NCBI GenBank assembly: GCA_030740435.1
Contig: JASLXG010000071.1
Span: 1,121-65,120, forward strand
Reading direction: 5' to 3'
Source: Alphaproteobacteria bacterium
Lineage (GTDB): Bacteria; Pseudomonadota; Alphaproteobacteria; UBA2966
Length of the DNA stretch: 64,000 nt
In this document: positions 1 to 9,550 of the stretch, piece after piece
Layout: each line of letters opens with the position of its first letter
How positions within the stretch are numbered: the first letter of the stretch is position 1
Notes under the pieces: generated by a model
Seen by the model: only the letters and a program-made list of their open reading frames with translations
The model's database searches: none
What the model was told of the DNA's origin: nothing
Made by a program: the position numbers and the translations under genes

Positions 1-1
1 C

Positions 2-331
2 GATCAGGGCGTGATCCAATCATACGCCGAGAGGCCCTGGTTTCTGATGGGCGTGCCGACGGCCTACGCCGTCTACGTCAACGGCACCAGCATGGAGCCG
101 GTGTTTGGCCACGGCCATCTGCTGTATGTCAATCCGACCCTGCCGCCAGCGCCGGGCGACGATGTCGTGGTGCAGCTCGGCGACGGCCAGGGTTTCGTCA
201 AGCGCCTGGTCCGGCGCAGTGCCGCCCAGCTCCTGCTGGAACAATTCGGCCCGCCCGACAGCCTGGCCTACGACGCCGCCGAGGTGGCCGCCGTGCACCT
301 CGTCGTCGCCGCCCTCAAAGTGCGCGCCTAG
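2..331 (+). CDS. S24/LexA-like peptidase domain protein (5' end outside window)
   Basis: Frame is open to the window edge. It has the LexA/S24 self-cleavage signature, with Ser in 'NGTSMEP' and Lys in 'GFVKRL'. The N-terminal DNA-binding part is not in the window. Confidence 0.7.
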   Translation, partial: DQGVIQSYAERPWFLMGVPTAYAVYVNGTSMEPVFGHGHLLYVNPTLPPAPGDDVVVQLGDGQGFVKRLVRRSAAQLLLEQFGPPDSLAYDAAEVAAVHLVVAALKVRA

Positions 332-414
332 AATTCTCGGCGCCTTGTGGCAGCCGCAGCGGCAAGGCTTTTTGTCTATGCATTATTGCATATTTTTGTC
401 GGAATGCAGCGCCC

Positions 415-978
415 TCAAGGTGCTTCTTCGGCCGCCAACAAGTGGCCCGTCAGGGGCCCAAGCTCGGGCCACAAATAGCAAACCTCGTGCAGCCCGGTAC
501 CGCCGATGGTGATCGTCCGGCGTTCCCCCGCGACACCGCCCAGATGCTCGTAAAAGGCGCAGGCCGGGTTGTCGGCGAGCGCCCAAACCGCCAGCGAGCG
601 AAAGCCCGCGGCCCGCAAGCGCCGGGCCGCCGCCGCCAGTAAACGCCTGCCGCTGCCGCGGCCCTGCCGGGCGGCCAACAGGTAAAGGGTGTAAACCTCG
701 CCGCAATCGCCCGCCTGGCCCTGGCGGGCCGGCCCGAAGGATGCGAAGCCGAACACCCGGCCGGCATCGTCCACAGCCGCCACGGCGCCGCGCCCGGGCT
801 CGGAGCGGCAGAGCACACCCCACCAGTCGCTGGTCTGCTTGAGGGCGTTCATGCCGTCCAGCACGGGCTCGGGTATCAGACCGCGATAGCTGCTGCGCCA
901 GCTTTCGATATAGACCTCGGCGATGGCGCTGGCATCGGCCGGCGAGGCGCTCCTGAGGTGGGCGGCTTGGCGGCTCAT
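415..978 (-). CDS. GNAT family N-acetyltransferase
   Basis: 187-aa ORF with the acetyl-CoA motif 'ARQGRGSGRRLL'. Its start overlaps the stop of the upstream cinA-like gene (ATGA). Confidence 0.85.
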   Translation of the reverse strand: MSRQAAHLRSASPADASAIAEVYIESWRSSYRGLIPEPVLDGMNALKQTSDWWGVLCRSEPGRGAVAAVDDAGRVFGFASFGPARQGQAGDCGEVYTLYLLAARQGRGSGRRLLAAAARRLRAAGFRSLAVWALADNPACAFYEHLGGVAGERRTITIGGTGLHEVCYLWPELGPLTGHLLAAEEAP

Positions 979-1826
979 TTTGCTTCCTGGCCAGCCTCGG
1001 GATTTTCACCCTTTTCGCCGAGGATGGGCTCCCCGCCCTCTTCGCCGAGGATGGGCTCCTCGCCCTCTTCGCCGAGGATGGGCTCTTCGCCCAATGCCCG
1101 GATGATGGCGGCCAACTCGTCGGCGGCGGCACCCAGCGCCGCCGCGTCGGTGCCGCGCAGCACCAGCGAGCAGCCGAACTTGCCCCGGCGGTAAAAGGGG
1201 TAGGAGCCGATGTCGATGCCGGGATAGCGCTCCTGCAAGGCGCCGAGATCGGCCGCGATGGTGCCCTCAGGGAGCGTCGCCGCAACTGTCCTCGAAAGCA
1301 CCGGCGCGCCCCCCGTCAGGCGATGGGCGATGCTTTCGAACATGGCCTGCATGACCGCGGGAATGCCGGCGAAGACGAAGACGTTCTCCAGGCGATAGCC
1401 CGGCGCTTTGCTGATGGGGTTCTCGATGAGCTCGGCGCCCACCGGAGCGTGCGCCATCTTGAGCCGGGCCTCGTTGAGCTCGGCACCGGTCATCTTATAG
1501 TGGCCGGTGAGGATGGCATGGGCCTCGTCGCTGAGCGCCCAGTCGACGCCGAAGGCCTTGGCGATGGCGGCCCCAGTGATATCGTCATGGGTGGGCCCGA
1601 TGCCGCCCGTGGTGAAGACGTAGTCGTAGCGCGCCCGGCACCCGTTGACGGTGGCGACGATGGTCTCCTCGTCGTCGGGTATCACCCGGGCTTCGGTCAG
1701 GCGCACGCCCACTTCGTTGAGGCGGCGCGCCAGAAAGGAGAGGTTGGCATCCACCGTGCGGCCGGAGAGAATTTCGTCGCCGATGATGATCAAACAGCCG
1801 CTTACGATGCGTTCCTCAGCCGCCAT
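975..1826 (-). CDS. CinA-like / MoCF-biosynthesis (molybdopterin-binding) domain protein with repeat-encoded acidic tail
   Basis: Carries 'IIIGDEILSGRTVDAN' and 'TTGGIGPTHDDIT', typical of the CinA N-terminal / MoaB-MogA fold. The C-terminus 'GEEPILGEEGEEPILGEEGGEPILGEKGE' is encoded by 27-bp tandem repeats. Confidence 0.85.
   Translation of the reverse strand: MAAEERIVSGCLIIIGDEILSGRTVDANLSFLARRLNEVGVRLTEARVIPDDEETIVATVNGCRARYDYVFTTGGIGPTHDDITGAAIAKAFGVDWALSDEAHAILTGHYKMTGAELNEARLKMAHAPVGAELIENPISKAPGYRLENVFVFAGIPAVMQAMFESIAHRLTGGAPVLSRTVAATLPEGTIAADLGALQERYPGIDIGSYPFYRRGKFGCSLVLRGTDAAALGAAADELAAIIRALGEEPILGEEGEEPILGEEGGEPILGEKGENPEAGQEAK
1014..1091. repeat. 27-bp tandem repeat, about 2.9 copies, inside the 3' end of the cinA-like CDS
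   Basis: ttcgccgaggatgggctccccgccctc / ttcgccgaggatgggctcctcgccctc / ttcgccgaggatgggctcttcgcc read directly from the sequence. The period is a multiple of 3, so the frame is kept. Confidence 0.9.
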
Positions 1827-1902
1827 GGCCCCTCACCCGTGTGCTTGCGCCGGTTCGCTCCCCCCGTTATAGCATCCCCGCGAAAACCAACGGAATCGAA
1901 CC

Positions 1903-2607
1903 ATGCGCTTTGCCGATCCCCTGATCGCCGGCCGACTGATCCGGCGCTACAAGCGCTTCATGGCCGATGTCGAACTGGCCGACGGCCGGCGGGTGACGGC
2001 GCATTGCGCCAATTCGGGATCGATGCGGGGCCTTTGTGAGGAGGGCGCCGAGGTCTGGCTGTCGCCGGCCCAAAACCCAAAACGCAAGCTCAAATACACC
2101 TGGGAACTGGTGCGCTCGGGCCGCAGCCTGGTGGGCATCAACACGCAGCACCCCAACGCCCTGGTGGCCGAGGCCATCGAGCGGCGAAAAATCCCCGAAC
2201 TGGCGGGCTATGCCGGCTTGCGCCGCGAGGTGCGTTACGGCCGCAACTCGCGCATCGACATCCTGCTCGAGGACGACGCCAAACCGCCCTGCTACGTCGA
2301 AATCAAAAACGTCCACTTCCGCCGCCAGCCCGGGTTGGCCGAATTTCCCGATGCGGTGACGGCACGGGGCACCAAGCACCTCGCCGAGCTTTCCGACATG
2401 GTCAAGGCTGGCCGGCGCGCCGTCATGCTCTATCTGGTTCAGCGCGGCGATTGCCGGCGCCTGGCCATCGCCGCCGACATCGACCCCGTTTACGACGCCG
2501 CCTTGGATCGGGCCTTGGCGGTCGGCGTTGAGGCGATGGCTTATTGCTGTAAACTCACGCCTCGGCAAATCGTCGTCGACAAGGCGATCGAGGGGCCCCT
2601 TCGCTAA
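1903..2607 (+). CDS. sfsA: Sugar fermentation stimulation protein SfsA (DNA/RNA nuclease family)
   Basis: 234 aa. N-terminus 'LIRRYKRFMADVELADGRRVTAHCANSGSM' and 'YVEIKNV' are characteristic of SfsA. Confidence 0.9.
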   Translation: MRFADPLIAGRLIRRYKRFMADVELADGRRVTAHCANSGSMRGLCEEGAEVWLSPAQNPKRKLKYTWELVRSGRSLVGINTQHPNALVAEAIERRKIPELAGYAGLRREVRYGRNSRIDILLEDDAKPPCYVEIKNVHFRRQPGLAEFPDAVTARGTKHLAELSDMVKAGRRAVMLYLVQRGDCRRLAIAADIDPVYDAALDRALAVGVEAMAYCCKLTPRQIVVDKAIEGPLR

Positions 2608-2631
2608 TCTCGAGTGTTGCGAAAGAGCTAG

Positions 2632-3453
2632 ATGAACACCACCGAACAGACCGAGGCGCCACCGCGCCGCACCGGCAGCGTCAGGGTGCATGCTGCCGAG
2701 GACCTGCCCGGTATGCGAAAGGCCGGCGCCCTGGCCGCCGAAACGCTGGATTACGTGGTCCAATTGGTCGAGCCGGGCGTCACCACCGCCTTCCTCGACC
2801 GCCAGTGCTACGACTTCATCCGGGCCGCCGGCGCGGTGCCGGCCCCGCTCAACTACCGCGGCTATCCGGCCTCGATCTGCACCTCGGTCAATCACGTCGT
2901 CTGCCACGGCATTCCCGGCGACAAGGTGCTCAAGAAGGGCGATATCCTGAACATCGACGTCACCGTCATCGTCGACGGCTGGCACGGCGATTCGAGCCGC
3001 ATGTGCTTCGTGGGCCCGGTCGGCGTCAAGGCCAGGCGGCTCTGTGACGTCACCTATGAAGCCATGATGCGCGGCATCGAGGTGATCCGGCCGGGCGCCA
3101 CTTTCGGCGATATCGGCCATGCCGTGCAAAGCTTTGCCGAGGGCCAAAGATGTTCCGTGGTGCGCGATTTCTGCGGCCACGGCCTGGGGCGCCTCTTCCA
3201 CGACGCCCCCAACGTGCTGCACTACGGCGAGCCGCACTCGGGCCCGGAATTCCGCCCCGGCATGTTTTTCACGGTCGAGCCCATGATCAACCTGGGCAAG
3301 TGGCAGGTGAAGCTCTTGAACGACGGCTGGACGGCGGTGACCAAGGACCGCTCGCTCTCGGCCCAGTTCGAACACACCATCGCCGTCACCGAGGCGGGCC
3401 ACGAGATCCTCACGCTCAGCCCGGCCGGCTTGCACAGCCCGCCCTATGGCTGA
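2632..3453 (+). CDS. map: Type I methionine aminopeptidase
   Basis: 273 aa with 'VCHGIPGD', 'LNIDVTVIVDGWHGDSSRM', 'FCGHGLG' and 'FTVEPMIN' metal-ligand blocks. Confidence 0.95.
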   Translation: MNTTEQTEAPPRRTGSVRVHAAEDLPGMRKAGALAAETLDYVVQLVEPGVTTAFLDRQCYDFIRAAGAVPAPLNYRGYPASICTSVNHVVCHGIPGDKVLKKGDILNIDVTVIVDGWHGDSSRMCFVGPVGVKARRLCDVTYEAMMRGIEVIRPGATFGDIGHAVQSFAEGQRCSVVRDFCGHGLGRLFHDAPNVLHYGEPHSGPEFRPGMFFTVEPMINLGKWQVKLLNDGWTAVTKDRSLSAQFEHTIAVTEAGHEILTLSPAGLHSPPYG

Positions 3454-4129
3454 CAAGAAACCCCATTATCTCGGCCATCGCGACCGCCTGAGAAAACGCC
3501 TGGCCAGCGACGCCGGCGGCCTGGCCGATTACGAGCTGCTGGAATTGGTGCTGTTTCTGGCCAAGCCCAGAGGTGACGTCAAGCCGCTGGCCAAGGACCT
3601 GCTGGCGCACTTCAACAAAGATTTCGCCGAGGTGATGAACGCCGATCCCGCCCGCCTCGAGGAAGTCAGTGGCGTCGGCGAAAGCACCATCGCCGCCCTC
3701 AAGACGGTGCGTGCCGCGGCGCTGCGCCTGGGCCAGGCGCAGGTGCTCAACCGCCCGGCGCTGAGCTCATGGCAAGCGCTGCTGGAGTACTGCCGTTCCT
3801 CAATGGCCTACAGCAGGACCGAACGCTTCCGCATACTTTTTCTCGACCGCAAGAACTTCCTCATTGCCGACGAGGAGCAGCAAAAGGGCACCGTCGACCA
3901 CACCCCGGTCTACCCCCGCGAGGTGGTCAAGCGCGCCCTCGAGCTCGAAGCCTCGGCCATCATCATGGTGCACAATCACCCCAGCGGCGACCCGACACCC
4001 TCCAAGGCCGACATCGCAATGACCCGCGAAGTGGCGGCGGCCGGCGAGAAGCTGGGGATTTCGCTGCACGACCATGTGGTCATCGGCAAGAAGGGGGAGG
4101 CCAGCTTCAAGGCGCTGGGGCTGCTTTAG
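3446..4129 (+). CDS. radC: RadC-family JAB/MPN domain protein
   Basis: Has an N-terminal helix-hairpin-helix region and the C-terminal JAMM motif 'HNHPSGDPTPS'. Overlaps the map stop by 8 nt. Confidence 0.9.
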   Translation: MADKKPHYLGHRDRLRKRLASDAGGLADYELLELVLFLAKPRGDVKPLAKDLLAHFNKDFAEVMNADPARLEEVSGVGESTIAALKTVRAAALRLGQAQVLNRPALSSWQALLEYCRSSMAYSRTERFRILFLDRKNFLIADEEQQKGTVDHTPVYPREVVKRALELEASAIIMVHNHPSGDPTPSKADIAMTREVAAAGEKLGISLHDHVVIGKKGEASFKALGLL

Positions 4130-4570
4130 TTAGGCCGCCACCTCGCCCCCTTCCCGCTTCTCGATCAACGCCACCAAATCCGGCCACACCGGCACCGACT
4201 TGTGGCTGGTCTGGTCAGTGTTGACCCAGACGATCTCGCCCGTGCTGAAAAGCCGCTCGCCGCCCTGCTCGAAGATGGCGGCGGCGAAGGTGAGGCTTGA
4301 TCGGCCGATCTTCGATACCCGCACGCCGACCTCGATCACCTGGTCGTAGAGCATGGGTTCCTTGTAATCGACGCTGGCCCGCACGACGTGGAAGTCGGCA
4401 CCGGTGCGCTTGACCTCGGCCATGTAGTCGTAGGGCAGCTCGCGGAAGTATTCGGAAATCGCGGTGTCGTAGTAGATGAGATAATTGCCGTAGAAGACCA
4501 CGCCCTGGCCATCGGTTTCGGCGTAGCGCACGCGGAAGGGAAAGAAGAAGTTGAAGTTTTGGCGGGCCAT
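4130..4570 (-). CDS. Acyl-CoA thioesterase, 4HBT/YbgC hot-dog family
   Basis: 146 aa. 'FPFRVRYAETDGQGVVFYGNYLIYYD' is the typical YbgC-type N-terminus. Confidence 0.85.
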   Translation of the reverse strand: MARQNFNFFFPFRVRYAETDGQGVVFYGNYLIYYDTAISEYFRELPYDYMAEVKRTGADFHVVRASVDYKEPMLYDQVIEVGVRVSKIGRSSLTFAAAIFEQGGERLFSTGEIVWVNTDQTSHKSVPVWPDLVALIEKREGGEVAA

Positions 4571-4575
4571 GGGCG

Positions 4576-6681
<2,106 letters not shown>

Positions 6682-6727
6682 TCCATGAGTTTAGAATTGG
6701 TATGGGGCGGAGCCGCCCGTGGCGGCC

Positions 6728-7426
6728 TCAGGAAACTTCCAGCCATTCCTTGCGCACGTTGTCGTTGGCACGAAACTCGTCGGGCGTGCTCTCGAAGACG
6801 ATACGGCCGTGGCCCATGACGTAGAGGCGATGGGATATCTTGAGCGCGATGGTCAGCTTCTGCTCGACCAGCAGGATGGAGACGCCGCGCTTGGCGATCT
6901 CGTCCAAAAGGTTGGCCACCTGCTCGACGAGCTTGGGCGCCAGGCCCTCGGTCGGCTCGTCGACCATGACCAGCTCCGGGTCCCCCATCAAGGTGCGGCA
7001 CATGGTCAGCATCTGCTGCTCGCCCCCCGAAATGACGCCGCCCGAGGTGTCGGCGCGTTCGCGCAACTGGGGAAAGATACGAAACATGTCGTCGATCGAC
7101 CAGCGCCCGGTCTGCTTGGTGCCCTTCATGCCGAGAATGAGGTTTTGCCGCACCGTCAGGGTGGGAAAGATGTCGCGGTTCTCGGGCACGTAGCCCAGCC
7201 CGAGCCGGGCGATGTCGTGGGTCTTGCGGCCGGCGATTTCGCTGCCGCGGAACTTGATCGAGCCCTGGGGCGGCACATCGCCCATGATGGCCTTGATGGT
7301 GGTCGAGCGGCCCACGCCGTTGCGTCCCAGCAGGCTGACGATCTCGCCCTCGCCGACGCTGAAATTGACGCCCTGCAGGATATGGCTTTTGCCGTAGTAG
7401 GCGTGGAGATCTCTGACCTCAAGCAT
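6728..7426 (-). CDS. Branched-chain amino acid ABC transporter ATP-binding protein, LivF/BraG-like (no partner subunits adjacent)
   Basis: Walker A 'GRNGVGRST', signature 'ISGGEQQML' and Walker B 'LVMVDEPTEGL'. Confidence 0.85.
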   Translation of the reverse strand: MLEVRDLHAYYGKSHILQGVNFSVGEGEIVSLLGRNGVGRSTTIKAIMGDVPPQGSIKFRGSEIAGRKTHDIARLGLGYVPENRDIFPTLTVRQNLILGMKGTKQTGRWSIDDMFRIFPQLRERADTSGGVISGGEQQMLTMCRTLMGDPELVMVDEPTEGLAPKLVEQVANLLDEIAKRGVSILLVEQKLTIALKISHRLYVMGHGRIVFESTPDEFRANDNVRKEWLEVS

Positions 7427-7614
7427 GAACTCTCTCCCTCGGCGGCCTGGGCGGGCGTTTATTTTGGCGACCAGATTTTACGGATGCACGCTGGGGGCGT
7501 CCGCGACTATCATCCCCCCTCTGCCGAAACCGTAGCCGATTGCACCGAGTAATGACAATGGCCGGGGAGGCACTCGGTTTCCAGGATGCGTCAGGATCGA
7601 TCGGGGAGAGAGCC

Positions 7615-8340
7615 ATGAGCCCAATAGCCCTCGTCACCAACGTCCGCCACTTCGTCGGACTGCCGGCCGCCAGCGAACTGGCGCACCAGGGCGCGACCGT
7701 GGTTTGCCATGATGCGAGTTTCGCCGAAGCCACGGCACGAGAGGAATTCGAGGTCGAAAATCCAGGGCTCTCGGCCAGCCCGGAAAGCGACCCCAGAAAA
7801 CTGATTGGTGCGGTGGTAGGCGCTCACGGCCGGCTCGACGCGCTGGTCTGCAACGACGCCTTTCCGGCCATTCGAGCGGCCGTCGAGGAGGCCGACCTCG
7901 ACGACCTGCGGGCCGGCCTGGAGAGCATGCTGGTGGCGCCCTTCGCCATGTCGGCGGCGGCAGTGCCGCAGATGAAGGCGCAGGCAGGCGGCAAGATCAT
8001 CTTCGTCACCTCGGCCGTACCCTTTCACGGCCTGCCCAACTATTCCATGTACGTGGCCGCCCGCGGCGGCGCCAACGCTCTGGCGCTGTCGCTGGCCAAG
8101 GAGCTGGCGCGCCACAACATCCAGGTCAACGCCATCGCCCCCAACTACGTCGAAAGCCCGAGTTACTTTCCGCCCGACCTGTTGGCCAACGCCGAGGCCC
8201 TGGCCAAGATCACCCGCAACATCCCGTTGGGCCGCCTGGGCAAGCCGGCCGAAGCGGCGGCCGCCATCGCCTTCCTGGCGCTGGGCGAAAGCGACTTCAT
8301 CACCGGCCACGTCATGCCGCTGGCCGGCGGCTGGGCCTAG
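7615..8340 (+). CDS. Halohydrin dehalogenase-like SDR-fold protein
   Basis: ATG 7615 preceded by GGGGAGAG. 'VTNVRHFVG' (T-x4-F-x-G) replaces the NAD(P) glycine motif. 'TSAVPFHGLPNYSMYVAARGG' gives S-x12-Y-x3-R. The N-terminus resembles HheC as recalled. Confidence 0.75.
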   Translation: MSPIALVTNVRHFVGLPAASELAHQGATVVCHDASFAEATAREEFEVENPGLSASPESDPRKLIGAVVGAHGRLDALVCNDAFPAIRAAVEEADLDDLRAGLESMLVAPFAMSAAAVPQMKAQAGGKIIFVTSAVPFHGLPNYSMYVAARGGANALALSLAKELARHNIQVNAIAPNYVESPSYFPPDLLANAEALAKITRNIPLGRLGKPAEAAAAIAFLALGESDFITGHVMPLAGGWA

Positions 8341-8379
8341 CCCGGATCTCATTTCATGAGATCCGGGCTAGGTTTTTTT
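8338..8379 (+). terminator. Rho-independent terminator of the HHDH-like gene
   Basis: Perfect 15-bp stem tagcccggatctcat / atgagatccgggcta with loop ttc, followed by ggttttttt. Confidence 0.85.
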
Positions 8380-8380
8380 G

Positions 8381-8502
8381 TCGCTCACGGCAGCGGGTCG
8401 CGGTCGCTCCCGTTGGGTTTTTATCGCTCACGGCGGCTCCGCTACGCTCCGCTGCCTCCGCGGGGGCGCCGCAGTAGCGGCGGGTCGCGGTCGCTCCCGT
8501 TG
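8381..8502. repeat. Intergenic direct repeats (11-nt and 23-nt modules, second copy split by a 45-nt GC-rich insert)
   Basis: tcgctcacggc occurs at 8381 and 8424. gcgggtcgcggtcgctcccgttg occurs at 8393-8415 and 8480-8502. Confidence 0.8.
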
Positions 8503-8516
8503 CACAAAAGGACCAA

Positions 8517-8570
8517 GCAGAAAAAGGAACAAACGGCGGCCGCGCTAAGCCGCCCCCCCAGGGGGGCGGA
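8517..8570 (-). terminator. Candidate terminator of the DMT transporter gene
   Basis: On the minus strand, the GC hairpins ccgcccccc-t-gggggggcgg and ggcggc-ttagcgcg-gccgcc are followed by gtttgttccttttt. Confidence 0.45.
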
Positions 8571-8618
8571 GGCCAAGGGCGCGGATGCGCCCGCCCGGTG
8601 AGGGGCTACAAAAACACG

Positions 8619-9545
8619 CTATTGCTGCACGGCTTCACGGTGAATGATGTAGAGCCCGCTGACCACGATCACCGCCGCACCCAACCAGGTAACGGTGTCT
8701 GGAAAATCCCCGAAGACGCCATAGCCCACCACCGTGGCGCCGATGAGCTGGAAATAGCCAAAGGGCGAAATCACCGAGGCCGGGCCGAATTCGTAGGCCC
8801 TGACCACGAAATAATGACCCACCGCCCCCAACGTGCCGAGGCCGGCAAAAGCCGCCAGGTGGGAGCCGTTTTGCGGCCAGCTGAAATCGAACGGCAGCAC
8901 CGCACTGAGCACCAGAAAGCCCACCAGGGCGGTGTAGAAGTTGCTCGTTTCTGGCGCATCGGCCCCTGAGATCCGGCGTGTGAGAACCTGGTAGAAGCCG
9001 TAGCAAAAAGCCGTTCCGAGCACCAAGATGGCGGCCCAGTGCATCACCCCCAGGCCCGGCCGGATGATGATCACGGCACCGACGAAACCCGCGAACACGG
9101 CCGCCCAGCGCCGCGCGCCCACCTGTTCGCCGAGGATCGGGATGGACAGAATCACCACCACCAGGGGACCGGTGAAGCCGATCACCGCGACCGTGGGCTG
9201 GGAGATGAAATGCAGCGCGATGAAATAGAACACCGTCGCCCCCATGATCAAGGCCGAGCGCGCCAGCTGGATGGCGGGATGTTTGGTTCGCAACAGGCCC
9301 CAGCCATGGCGCGGCCCGAAGAACAGGATCATGACGACCAGATGCCCGGCGAAGCGGGCCCAGATCACCTGCGGAATGGCGTAGCTCTCCATCAGCAGCT
9401 TGGCCAAGGCGTTCATGACCGGAAAGCAAAGCGTCACGCCGAGGCACATGTAGATGATGCCGCGGCGCAAATCGACACCTTGGCCACCCGGCGGCCGGCC
9501 GTTCTCCGTTGCCAAATTCATTATGGGATCCCGGTCCGTCCTCAC
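8619..9545 (-). CDS. EamA/DMT superfamily transporter
   Basis: 308 aa and about 10 hydrophobic segments in two EamA-like halves. The start could alternatively be Met9 at 9521. Confidence 0.8.
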   Translation of the reverse strand: MRTDRDPIMNLATENGRPPGGQGVDLRRGIIYMCLGVTLCFPVMNALAKLLMESYAIPQVIWARFAGHLVVMILFFGPRHGWGLLRTKHPAIQLARSALIMGATVFYFIALHFISQPTVAVIGFTGPLVVVILSIPILGEQVGARRWAAVFAGFVGAVIIIRPGLGVMHWAAILVLGTAFCYGFYQVLTRRISGADAPETSNFYTALVGFLVLSAVLPFDFSWPQNGSHLAAFAGLGTLGAVGHYFVVRAYEFGPASVISPFGYFQLIGATVVGYGVFGDFPDTVTWLGAAVIVVSGLYIIHREAVQQ

Positions 9546-9550
9546 TCGGC

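Noticed and set aside
376-391. Palindrome tatgca-ttat-tgcata as an operator for the S24-family repressor
   Set aside because: It lies downstream of two convergent genes, not in a promoter, and is followed by a T-run. It is more simply a weak terminator hairpin.
383-1285. 300-aa minus-strand ORF over the GNAT and cinA-like genes
   Set aside because: It lies in alternative frames of two recognisable genes, and its sequence is Arg/Pro/Ser-rich and repetitive.
1867-3456. 529-aa ORF on the minus strand
   Set aside because: It is antisense to unmistakable sfsA and map genes. Its composition is Ala/Gly/Arg/His-rich and no motif is recognisable. This is a typical shadow ORF in 66% GC DNA.
8356-8601. 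81-aa ORF in the intergenic region after the HHDH-like gene
   Set aside because: It is composed of the duplicated GC-rich repeat modules and terminator hairpins, with Arg/Ser/Gly-rich translation and no RBS.
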